Of a stretch of DNA of 64,000 bases, positions 1-11,128 are shown piece after piece; the first letter of the stretch is position 1; each line of letters opens with the position of its first letter. Both the position numbers and the translations under genes were made by a program. Source of the DNA: Moniliella sp. 'wahieum' (lineage: Eukaryota); assembly GCA_003971905.1 (NCBI GenBank), contig RSEE01000031.1, positions 372,001 through 436,000 on the forward strand, written 5' to 3'. The notes beneath the pieces are model-generated. The model worked only from the letters and a program-made list of their open reading frames with translations. It did no database searches and was not told the origin of the DNA.

Positions 1-1066
1 TTATGCCTGGGAGTACTACGCGTTACGCGTTACGCGTTACCTCACCGGTCACCGCTAACCGGCGGTCATGCATCATGCACCCTGGCTGCTATGTAAGTCT
101 GTGGGCATGCCGGCGTGTGTGCCTGAAAGTGTGCCTTGGTTCCAATGCGTCTCATCCGGTTCCTGAGCTGCCGGCAAGGCTGCGGAATCCAGCCCGCCTG
201 GCCCGTGGTCCCCGTGGCTAGCTGACTGACTCGCCGCGCCGGATGCACTTCTAAAATTTCAGCTTATTCAGCTGCTGAATACTCAGCGATGGATGCTCGA
301 TGGCCCGCGCACGGGGCCAGTGCTGCGCCAGACTGCCCCGCTGGGCCGTGGTTCTGTCATGATCTGATCGATGAAGCTGAAGAGTTTTTACATGATTTTT
401 TTGATCATAGCCGACAGTCCATAGTCCATGGCAGTCGGTAGCCGACACCATTCACAACTCCTCCCATGCACCATGTGCGGTGTTCGAGTTCAAGGCCCGA
501 TGCCCGGTGCCGATCGTCGGTGCACGCTCTGCTTCCTCCAAACATGCCTCGCGCACCCTCATCCATCCTGCATCACCCATTGTAGTCACTAGTCAGGCCC
601 CTGCGCCTGATGTGCTGTGGGGCCGAGTAGGCGTAGAAGGTCCGAATAGGCTCGCCGCCTTGGTTTCTCATCCGACTCCCGTTCGCTTTGCTTTCTCCGT
701 TGTACGCTCCTTCTTTTCACCACCACCTTTTCCCAGCCACTTTTCCCGCTGTCCCTTGCTCCCACATCCCACCGCCTCTCTCACCTGCGTATGCCCCTCT
801 AGCCTCTGGCGCCCCCGAACGGCCCTGCTGCTCTCCCATCTTTTTCTGCGCCCGCCCTTTCCCACGCGCTCTCCCTTATCGCGTCGCCAGCTTGCACCGC
901 ATCTTCTGCAGCGTCGGCCCTATAGCAGCACCTGCCCGCCTGTCTCAACTGCCTGCGTAACTTGGCACAGCCTCTGCTCCTAACCTGCCACCCGCTTGCG
1001 CATTCTTGCCTTTTTTCGCACTTCCACAGCCACACCATTTCAGTTTCCTGGCAGACCCATCCTCGC

Positions 1067-2555
1067 ATGCCAGTCCCTGTGTCGAAGCCTGAGCCACGTA
1101 TGTCGACTGCTGTTACCAACCAGCCTTCTCCTACCCGTCTGCGCAACATGCCCCCTATGTACCCACCGATCCGCACAAGGACTCCAGTGTAAGTTACATT
1201 CTTAATCGTTTCGCACTGAGAGTACGAAATACTGATTGCTGAAATACTGATTGCTGACTTTTGGTTGTGCTCCCCCCTGGATCAAGATCCCGAGTACCTT
1301 ACCACCAAGATCTTCCGCCGCTCCCTTTTGGGACCCTCGCGTGAAACTGATCCTCAACAGTCGTCCACGCTGCGCACTGGCTTCTCATCGGTACGTTGAT
1401 TAAGATTGCTGATCCTGCGTATTGCATGATGCATGATCGATGATCCCTTGCTACGAGGTGTGGGCGAAGTACCTTCGCACTGCCATGCACAGCGTCCACG
1501 CCCGTGGCTCTTGTGGGAAGTGTGTTTGTGGCGCTCGTGTCTCGTTCACGCCGCCTGTGCCCGATGCGCAGGGGGTTCGAAGGAGATCGACCCCCTCTTG
1601 GCCTTTCACGCGCACCTACTGACCCAGTTGGCTGTACATATTATTTTTTGCTGGTCTTGGGTGTCCGTTTTCAACATTCAACGTTTAATGTCCTCTCATT
1701 CTCTCTCTGCTGGCCGATTCCTACTACCGCTCTCATTGCTCGCGCCCACCAGTCTGCCCACATGTTGCCGCGCGTACCGGATGCAGAATGGAACACTTCC
1801 GGTCCACGCCACCACGATCTGACCACCCCCCACAACACCGCTCCTGCACTTGGTTCGGTTCCGGCCCCCGCTTCCACTCCCACTTCCGCCGTTGCCCCGA
1901 ACAACATCTTCTTCCCCGTCGAAACCGCAATGCCTCCACCAGCACCGTCGGGCTCGCTGAACCAAGGGGGTACCTACTACCCGCCCCCACTGGACTATTC
2001 TGCGGCCCCTCCCCGACTCGGCCCTGAGCGCGCTGGGGGCATGATGGGCTACCCCCTTACTCGGGCATGCCTGCGCCGCATGGGATGCGCAATCCCTACA
2101 TGCCTCCAGCGCGCTTGCCCGATCCTCCCTTTTTTGAAGGTGGATCCTCAATGGTGCCTGCGTTGCCTGTGACGCAGAAACGGCCCAAGGCACGAATTGA
2201 CGGGGCGGCGCGCAAACGGATTTGCCAGTACGCAGAGTTGCACCCCGACATGCGCCAAGCCGATGTGGCCGCTGCGTTTTCCGTTGAGCGCTCCACGGTG
2301 AGCAAGATCTTGAAACAAAAACAGAAATGGTTAGCTTTGCCCGACGACTCGCCTTCCCTGTCGGGCGCAAGTGTGCCGGGCGGACCGAGACGTGTCAAAC
2401 GCGAGCGCGCTTCTCCGCCCGGGTCTCGGACGTCTACCAGCTCTTCCCTCCCCTCGCCCCAGACACGCACTTCGCTCGAAACGACACTCTACCCGAATCC
2501 GAACGGATTACCAGCCAGCTCGGTCGCCCTGCCTTTGCCCCCGGCACCGCAGTAG
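1067..2555 (+). CDS. Pro-rich protein with a CENP-B/Psq-type N-terminal HTH domain, no DDE domain seen; multi-exon, start uncertain
   Basis: ORF 2067-2555 contains RPKARIDGAARKRICQYAELHPDMRQADVAAAFSVERSTVSKILKQKQKWL, matching the CENP-B_N/HTH_psq pattern. Upstream Pro-rich coding segments and a GTAAGT donor at 1188 are present. Confidence 0.7.
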
Positions 2556-3278
2556 TGGCAAAGCGTTCCCCTCTTACCATTTTGCTTGGTGCCTTGCTTG
2601 CTTCCTTCTATGACTTTTATTTGTGGACCACAGCCCCCTCGGGTCCTTAATGTTTCCTTATTGCCCCGTCGTTATGTTCACTCGCGCCCCCCCCCCATCC
2701 TCTGCTATCTCGCTGTCGTGCCATCCCCCCTCTTTCCTGTGTTGCTGCTGTACCAGCCTGAGGCCTGATTATGCCATACCGGCCTACGTGCTTGACATTA
2801 ACTTGCGCTGTAGGATCACATGAAGTGTCATTTAACCCTTTACTACCAGTATCAGTACCAACTGTCCTTTAAATTTAAACCTCTACACCTGTGCGGGAAC
2901 CTGTACCAGGGACAGAGAGGATGGAGCGATAACCGCTAGAGCTCTCCGCTAGCTGCTCCTCGACTGGAAGCTTGAACACAGGGATGCTCTTGCACTGCCA
3001 CCCACCCGTCCCGACCATGATATTGACCCGCATGCTGTCTGTCTGTGCTGCCCCCCAGACCCTAGGATGGTAGTAGCCTCGACCCTGCCCGACCCTGTTG
3101 ACCCTGGTGCACCCCAGCGAGTCCGGGCGGAGCGGGAAGCTTGGAAGATGCCGCGGGAGGGTGACAACACGCGTGGTGTACGCTGACGTGTGACGCGTGA
3201 CACGTGGCATGTAAGGAACGGTGACGTCACATATCACGCCTGTGATTTTGAAAGTTAAGTTCTGAGGGCTTGCTTGGA

Positions 3279-4119
3279 ATGACTGAAGGGAGAAACCCTG
3301 GCGAAGTGGCGGAGTCGGCCCGCGCCTCTCTGATCCCATCCGTCCTTACCATCTTCGATGGTGTCTTTCGCTTCTCCGGCCCGTTCGCCTGTGCGCCCGG
3401 ACGAGCCAAAGCAAGAAAAGGGCGTGTGGCACGGCCCGACGTGGTACCAGTGGCACCGAAGCACAAACGGGACGGCAAGGCGCAAGACGAGGGCGAGGCA
3501 GAATGGAAACCCACCACAGACGAGAATATGCCCTCTCTGTACATACGTGCCCCCGTTAAGAACATATAGTACCGAGCTACAACCGCAGTCGGCCGCGAGG
3601 TCAAAGGGTTGCCGGTCCCCCCCACTCCCAGGATGATGCTTCCCTTTCGGCGGCCTGGAAGGCGCCCGTCTGGCGACGCGCCGTCGGTTCTAAAGTACTT
3701 CGTTCAACGCTCCGAGGAGCCCTGGGGCGCAGGCTGGGTTTGTGATACATCCCGAAACCTGCGTGGTTTAGGGTATCATATGCGGGTGTAGCATTCGCAG
3801 GCGACAAAACGAAGCAAGGGAGGCAATGGTAGTACGGTGCATGTCCAGAGACCCCTGGCAAGCGGGCTCGAGGGCAGGATGAAGGCCAGCTGGCAAATGC
3901 TATTGTAAAGGCACCTCTCCATCGCATGCCTTGGCAAACCTCTCAGCGCCTCCGCCCTTGACTCTGGCTCCAGACTGGATCTACGGGAATCGGTCCAGAG
4001 ATCTGTTGGTGTATGGCGGTGAGGAAGGGGAAGGGGGGTGTGAGATTGAAGAATACAAGGGGAGGACAAGTCAACATCAGAACAACCTTTGCAGGGAGGC
4101 AACAGGTACCAAGTCGTAG
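3279..4119 (+). CDS. hypothetical protein (frameshift-fragmented)
   Basis: Consecutive + strand ORF fragments 3270-3569, 3609-3791 and 3931-4119 with protein-like composition, downstream of a motif-rich promoter-like stretch. No family recognised. Confidence 0.4.
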
Positions 4120-4317
4120 TTAGGCGGGCATTGGAACGCGGCATGGTACATGCTTGGCCCCTCAGCCCTGAGCCTGAGCAAGGAGCGGACGAAGGAGGTG
4201 TGGTGGGGGTGGAGGGGGGATGGAAAGGGGATGGAAGAGAAATGCGGAGGTGAGGTGTTATACACGATTTTTGTAGCGAGACGCGGCGCGGAACGAGGCC
4301 TATTTCTTGTCATGGCC

Positions 4318-5467
4318 TTACACGCGGTGAGCCTCGGCCAAATTGAGAAGCAAGGTGGCCAGGCATCTTTTGGTGATCTGTAGGAGTTAGCTGGGGTTCA
4401 CCCTTTCCCCACAGACGAGGAAAACGGGGAGGGGGAACGTACATGATCATTCTTGAGCAGCTGCGAGAAGGTGGCATCCCTCAAAGGTGCAGGGAGGCAG
4501 GAGCGCAAGGCCTCGCGTGCACGGGGGTTATCACTCAGCCGAAGGTAGCAGCGCACCACATGCTTCAGGAGTCGGACCGAGTGGGTATCGACAATTTGCT
4601 TGGTAAGGTTGCTCAGCACCTGCGCCACCGCTGAGAAGCGGTCGTAGGTTTGACAAACGTACGCCAACCCCGTTCGTCCAGCAAAATTTTCTGCACAATA
4701 AAGATGGCCACTGTCTTGCTCAGTTCGTACCGGTTTCCATAATCCGAAGCGAGAGCGGGATGATCTCGGTGGTGAGCAGGAATTGGATCACCTCGGTATT
4801 GTCATTTTGCTGACCAGCGCACCAATCACTCCGAGCGAAGTGAGGCGCAGGTATTCAAACGGACGGGTCTTGGAGGTGGTGTTGAGGAACGGGTATAGCA
4901 GCAACGGGATCTGAGCCTGGAGAAAAAGTGGCCGCGTCGCGTTGTGCGAGGCGATGCACTGCATCAGCGCCAATGCATTGCACACCCGGTTGGACGCTTG
5001 CGCCGTCAACGAGGGAGGAGACAGAAGCGGGTACACGGCGATGATCTCTTGGACCAGCGTGGGCATGACCCTGTGGGAATGAGAAGGAAGGGTTAGTGCG
5101 GGTGGGGGGGGGGAAGCGACGAACCATAGCTGTGCCAAAGAACAAGGGCCAGGTCTTCGTACTGCTCGCGCTTCTTGCTGAGCTCCAGCAGTGCATACTC
5201 GCGGGCGGGGCTGTTGCCGGGGGTGCCTGAGGCGGGGGCAGAAGGGTCGGGGCGTTGGCAGAGCTGGGCGATGAGGACGTAGATGGAGGGGACGTGGGGG
5301 CAGCGGCAGAGGCGGAAACGGAGGCGTTTGGCAGAGGCGCGGACGTGCTGCGGGATGGGTGAGCTCGGCGGGGGAGGGGCCGGGAGGAGGAGCGTTGGCG
5401 AGTGCGCTGGGGGGGTAGAGGGCGGCAGGGCCGATGATGGCCGGCAGCGCGGGGAGGGGTAGGCCAT
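4318..5467 (-). CDS. CAF40: CCR4-NOT subunit Rcd1/Caf40/CNOT9
   Basis: [101 protein letters not shown]. Introns near 5070-5125 and 4378-4441. Confidence 0.96.
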
Positions 5468-5706
5468 GGAGGGGGGAGAGCGCAGGCAGCAGGCAGCAGG
5501 CGAGCGCAGCAGAGCCGATCCGTTGCACCACGCGCAGCAGAACAAGAAGCGTGGCGGCGACCAATTAAGCCCTGGGCAGCAAGCGGCGCCTCTGCCTCCC
5601 GCCCGAGATGCTCGCACCGCTGCCTTCCGCCCATTCCGCCCGCCCCTGCGTTGCAACATTTCACCACCCCAACCCAACCCAATCATGTCTCACTTGACGA
5701 CGCGAC

Positions 5707-5742
5707 TTTATAATTGCGCTAATTAATTAACCTGTATAAAAA
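5707..5742. promoter_or_regulatory. candidate bidirectional core promoter (opposed TATA boxes) for CAF40 / IWS1
   Basis: TATAAA on the minus strand at 5707-5712 and TATAAAAA on the plus strand at 5735-5742, separated by TAATTAATTAA, between divergent start codons. Confidence 0.55.
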
Positions 5743-5825
5743 GACAGTCGTGCTCCATCTGGCCGCCACCCTCCTCCCCCACCCTCTGTCCCAGCACCCG
5801 CCCCCTCACCAGCCTCACCACCCCC

Positions 5826-6720
5826 ATGTCGTCCCCACCCCTCAGACGCCCCTCGACCCGCTTGCTGCGAAGAATGTACGTCAGACTCCCCTGGGCACCC
5901 TAACTCAAGAGCAACTGCCGCTAACCCCCTCCTCTCCCCCTAGTGATGCGCCACGCTCGGATCAATGCTGTGATGGATGCAGCCGTCTTGACGAGCAAAA
6001 AGAAGAGCAACAAGCGCAAGCACCGCAGTGCGGACGATGCCCTGGACACGTTGGCCCTCCAGGAGGTGGAACAACTAATGCGGGACATGATGCAAGCCGC
6101 AGACAAGGACCAGAAGGCCAATCTGCAACATCGTCCGGCCACCAACAAGCTGCGGATGTTGTCACGGGTCTGAGACCCTGAAAAAGCCGATTTTGCAGCA
6201 GGCCATCATCGACACAATGTGCTCAAGGCGGTGCGGATGTGGTTGGAGCCGCTGAAGGACCGATCGCTTCCAGCCCTCAATGTGCAACGCGGACTTTACG
6301 GTGCTGACGATGCAGATCGATGAGATCAGCCTCAAGATCAGTGGGCTGGGCCGAATCGTGCTCTTCTACACCATTAACGATAAGGTCGATGTTGAAGTGA
6401 AACGGTGTGCAGAACGGCTGCTGGAACGCTGGTCCCGACCCCTTTTGAAACGCCCCGCATCGCACCGCACCCTTTGTGTTCCCCAAGCCACGGCCTCCTT
6501 GGCCGATATGGATACCGATTTGGACCGTTCGCGAAGAAGATGGATTCTACTCCACGAAACGTTTCCATCCCGCGGCGCGTCACCCACTACACGATTGCCC
6601 CACGCGGTAGGCGGTGTACACTTCCAGGACGAGAGCCAGGAGGCGGCTCGTCGGGCCAAGCGTCGTCGCTTGAACGAGTTGAAGCACAAGTTGAAGCAGG
6701 GAAGCAGATGGGATTTGTAG
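5826..6720 (+). CDS. IWS1: transcription elongation factor Iws1/Spn1 (TFIIS N-terminal-like domain)
   Basis: LMRDMMQAADKDQKANLQHRPATNKLRML; across frameshifts VRMWLEPLKDRSLPALNVQR; LKISGLGRIVLFYT...AERLLERWSRPLL. Confidence 0.9.
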
Positions 6721-7040
6721 TATACGACGAATGATTGTATCTGTGACGCTCCAGGCTCTTTAGTATTTGCACTTGGTACGTTGTAGTGGGTACTGGGTAC
6801 CAAGGTGATATAGCTTGATCTTTTGATTGGGGGACTGGGGGCGGGGGGCGACAGACCTTCCGGCAAGCCAATGGGACACTTGCTTCCCATAGGCCTTGCC
6901 GCTAGTGAAGATGTGGTCCAGGTATGGTAGGCAGATAGATACGTCCGTACTTGGGCTATACCTAAGCATGCCATCGCCAGGAAAGGGAGGATCCGTCATG
7001 GCCAAGTGCCACCGTATTGGCACGCATCGCCGAGCTCCCT

Positions 7041-8682
7041 CTACACATATATATTGCTCAATCGCAGATGCCCTCCTGCATCGGGATCAAGATAAGGGAT
7101 CATCTTCGCGTCCCCCGCGCCCTCGCTTTCGCTTGTTTCTTCACTCGGATGAACCAGGCCCAAGAAAGCGCGGTGCCCCGAGCCAGCCGCCGCACTGAAC
7201 GCGGCCGTGAGCAGCAGCTGCGCTAGCACGTCCACCAATGCCGCCATCATCGGTAGCGCGTACGTATCTGGATCGTTTCCTCGCCGCCAAAAGAAGAGAC
7301 AGAGCCAATGTGCGATGCCAGGCCGGCACCTACCGTCACCACCAGCGCTACCATCAGACACGCGCCGAATACTGGGCCAAAGCCCACCTGGCTCGTCGGG
7401 CTGCAGGACAGGTAACCAGGTACCCCCCGCCTACCCCCACCCGATCAGGAGCAGCACCGAAGCCGACACCCAGCCTTCGACCGGGTGGCCGTAGGTGTAC
7501 CCGTCCCCCGCTTGGCCCAGCGCGAGGTACCCCCCGCCCCAAAGGTCCGGTGGCCCAGGTGCGGCGCAGGGTCAAGCTCCGCTCCCGGTTCAAGGTCTGG
7601 TTCCAGTTCCAGTTCCATCTCCATCTCCCTCTCTGCATCCATTACCACCTCGGCCACGTCCGGGTTGGACGCATGGAGGTGCGTGGGATTTCGTTGTCGT
7701 AGTGCAGCCTTGTCGACTCGCGCGAGAGTAGAATGCAGCACAGTTTCCCGCCAGACCAGCGAGCACGGGCGCAACGTTAGCGTACCGGGCATGTCATGCG
7801 CTTGGGAATCCAGCACCAGACCGGACCCGAAGCCAGCCGCCGCAGCCAACAAGGGTGTCCAGCCATGGGACAGAAGAGACCGCGTCTCGCGTTGGCGGAA
7901 CGCGTACACGCCACACACCCGCCCGCACAAGCGCAAGAAGGAGAACCAATACAGGCACCCATGGAACTGCATCCTCTACCGTGAACAGCAGCCCTGCCGC
8001 CGCCAAGGCAACCAGCAACAATGTCATCAAGTCCCCTAGCCGGACGCTACGGGCGCAGCAAGGTTGTCGGCGTCCATGCCGAGTCGTGGACCGAGGAGAA
8101 CAGTGCGCAGAGCGCTTGCCCCACCACCGCCGCCGATACGATGCCTGCACCACTCGACACGGCCAGCACCAGTGCCAGACGTTGGCCCACGGCAACGGCG
8201 GTAGGGTTTGGTTCGGGGGGCAAGAGTTGTCGCAAGCCAAATGCGCCGGCGCCCGCGAGCGTGGCAACGACAGTTGCTTGAAACAACAGGAAGGCCATGT
8301 TGGCTCGTAGGACGGCGATGCGTTGTTTTTGGCAGTCGAGCAAGGTGCCGTGTGTGGCGGTGGCCAGGCGCAGCGATAAGGTCATCGCTGCATTGCCCAG
8401 TGCGTTGAGCAGGACAGGTACGAGTACCAGCAACGTATCTACGTCGGAACGCTTGCCACTCTGCCACCGTGCCAGCAGCCGGCCCACCAAGACGAGACTC
8501 ACCACGCTCCCACATGCCACCGGCGCGGCCTCGCGGAACAAGCTCCAGGCCACCATGGCATCGGCCTGGAGCGAGGGGAAGGAAAAGGAGCTGGCCCAGG
8601 CGCGTGGAGGGATTGCGGGTGGAGGGAGGTGGGGGGTGAGGGGGGAGCAGATGGCTTCGGCGTCGGGAATCGTCCTGGCCAT
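7041..8682 (-). CDS. SLC41/MgtE-family divalent cation (Mg2+) transporter
   Basis: Many hydrophobic segments; LVPVLLNALGNAAMTLSLRLAT (Px6GN motif) and DPDTYALPMMAALVDVL (DPD..P.....D motif), as in the duplicated MgtE membrane domain of SLC41. Confidence 0.82.
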
Positions 8683-9222
8683 CGTCGAGGTGCATGGGAT
8701 GCGATGGATGGCGGATGTGGGGGGGGAGAGAGGGGGGGGAGGGGGAAGGGAGGGCGGGCGGTTGGAGGAGGGGGGTCGGCGAGGAGACCCATGGCGATGG
8801 CCGCCTCGGGGGAGCCTGCGTGTGGAGGAGGCGGGAGATTCATGCCAGCGAGCCTCGTGTGGCCGCGCGTGGGAGACAAGAGGGCGCCGGCGGAAGAAAG
8901 GCGGGGTGGGCGGCGGTGGCAGATGGGGGCGAGAAAAGGCGGCGCTGGCCCCGTGGGTGCACAGGCAGAATGTGCGGCGTTTTAGCGCTGAAGCAGCGCT
9001 GGGGCCGGCGGGTGCTGCTGCTGCCAGCATGGTCATGTGACCGCCGCTGGTCTCGGGCCAAAGTGGCAGCCCAAGTCGCCGGCGCGGGGCGGCCCGGGCG
9101 GCACGATGCATGATCCCTGCCACGGATGACACTGCCGCCGCACAGGCACAGCGCAAGTGTGCCCACTCGGCATCCGCTTTGTTCCCCTCGCCGTCTGCGC
9201 CACGGGGGAATGGGCAAAAAAA

Positions 9223-9307
9223 TGCCTCTTACCCTTGATTCGAACGAGTGATCTTCGCATTGCAAGCAGAGTACAAGTGCGACGCCTTGCCACTGAGCTA
9301 AAGAGGC
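9223..9307 (-). tRNA. tRNA-Thr(TGT) with an 11-nt canonical intron (9261-9271)
   Basis: Reverse complement reads GCCTCTT-TAGCTCAGTGGCAAGGCG-TCGCA CT TGT A [CTCTGCTTGCA] A TGCGA-AGATC-ACTCG TTCGAAT CAAGGGT-AAGAGGC-A followed by T7 (Pol III terminator). Perfect 7-bp acceptor stem, A and B boxes. The 3' side of the T stem has 2 extra bases. Confidence 0.92.
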
Positions 9308-9624
9308 GGCTTGCATCAGGCATCCTGGCCAGTAGATCTGGGGACACGCTGATTGCATCGCCAATCTAATCCCCTCTTATCGTGTCCTCTCGCAATTGGT
9401 CAATCATTAATCACGAGCGTGACAAATACAAGTCTGCTGGTGCTGGCAACTGGCGCCGTGCGGGGGGTCTGACGCCATCGCTGCTGAGCTTGGTGCTTTG
9501 CCGCGGAAGCGCCCAAGCACCCTCTCCAGGTCCGTGCACTCTGATTAGCACCGGAGCATCGTCGCATCGCATCTTTTTAGTATCAACGTGCTCATCGCGG
9601 CCCAACATGGCGGCTGCAGTGGAG

Positions 9625-9631
9625 TATAAAA
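9625..9631 (+). promoter_or_regulatory. TATA box upstream of MCR1
   Basis: TATAAAA about 65 bp before the ATG at 9693. Confidence 0.5.
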
Positions 9632-9692
9632 GCACACACATCCTTCGACAGCCACTGCCGTTTGCCGCCCCTCCCATCTGCCGCTGTGCGTC

Positions 9693-10692
9693 ATGATTGC
9701 TCGTCCAACCAGCTCCATCGTCCTCAACGCTACCCGTGCCAGGGTGCGTCCTACGTTTCTGCCCCCTCAGCGGCGTGCGCCCAGCTGCCCGCACCCACTC
9801 CACTGTCGCCACTGCTCGCGCCCAAGACGAGCAACAGGGCGGTCGCGCTGAGTGTCACAGCCACTGCCGCTGTCAGTGCCTGGTTGGGCATGGCGCAGAC
9901 ATGGGCCGAAGAGGAGGATGCTCTGGATGGGGAATCGTTCAAGGAGTTTACACTCAAGAGCATCACGCCTTACAACCACGATTCGCACGTTCTCGTGTTC
10001 GAGTTGCCCAAGGGAACCAAGGCGGCACGTTTGTTGCGTCGGCGTGGCGTTCAAACACCCATCCGGCCTCAAGGACGACAACGGCAACGAAGTCATTCGT
10101 CCTTATACGCCCATCAGCCCGCCGGCAAAGGTGGGCGAGCTGGACTTTTTGATCAAGCGGTACCCGACAGGCAATATGAGCAAGTATGTCTCCTCCCTCA
10201 AACCTGGGGACAAGATTGGCATCAGGGGTCCCATCCCCAAGTGGAAGTACGAGGCAACCAGTTCGAAGAGATTGCGCTGGTGGCTGGTGGAAGTGGGATC
10301 ACGCCCATGTGGCAGTGATCCAGCAGATTGCGTCGGACCCCACAGACAAGACCAAAGTCACCCTCGTGTATGCCAACAAGTCCGAACAAGACATTCTCCT
10401 CCGGGACGAATTTGATGCCTTGGCCAGAAGCATCCGGAACAGTTTACCATTGTGTATGGCCTGGACAAGGCCCCGGCCAATTGGCCTGGATTTGAAGGAT
10501 TCCTCACGTCTGAGATTGCGGAAAATACCTCCCGGACCCAAAGCGGGGCAACAAGGTGCATGTGTTTGTGTGTGGACCACCGGGGCAGATGACGGCTGTG
10601 TCGGGGCCCAAGGGCCCCAACTTTACCCAAGGTGAGCTCTCGGGGCTTCTCAAAGACCTTGGTTTACCATTGATCAGGTATTCAAGTTCTAA
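9693..10692 (+). CDS. MCR1: mitochondrial NADH-cytochrome b5 reductase 2
   Basis: Basic presequence-like N-terminus plus hydrophobic stretch; VIRPYTPISP; LIKRYPTGNMSKY; LVAGGSGITPMWQ; VTLVYANKSEQDILLRDE; VFVCGPPG; QGELSGLLKDLG..QVFKF*. Confidence 0.92.
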
Positions 10693-11128
10693 GCACAATG
10701 TTATCTGCCTTCTCAAAGGAGATGGCTTGGCTGAGTGCGTGGCGACTTGCCATCGTTCTTCTACTACACACGGCTTTGGATGCGGTGTCTGTGTCGTTTA
10801 ATACATGCCCTATCCGAGAACAACGGCATTGCGCGGATTGTGGGGTGATATGTATATGAGTACTCTAGTGTTCGTATGTCAATGGCGCAAATGTCAGTTC
10901 CTTTTCAGAGTAGCCGGGATAGCAGGGCAGTCGGCGATGCAACATCATACGTAACTTATTCTTCCCTGTGCTTTAGACGATGGCGTAGACGATTGACCCG
11001 TGTGGGTGCGGTGAACTTCAATTAGGAAATTGAAATGTGGTTTGAAATCCACGCGAAGACACCCATTTAGTCCCGACGCGTCGTAGCGTGCCACAAAAGT
11101 AACAGCCACCAACACCACCCGGTTCGCC

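Noticed and set aside
6165..6180. Apparent in-frame TGA in IWS1 suggesting stop-codon reassignment
   Set aside because: The conserved sequence resumes in another frame (ETLKK), so this is an indel. All three stop codons end genes elsewhere in the window.
9261..9279. The tRNA intron ends CTTGCAA, which could mimic an Ala(TGC) anticodon loop under alternative splicing
   Set aside because: The acceptor stem has Thr identity pairs (G1-C72, C2-G71) and lacks G3-U70. Intron complementarity to the anticodon is normal for eukaryotic tRNA introns.
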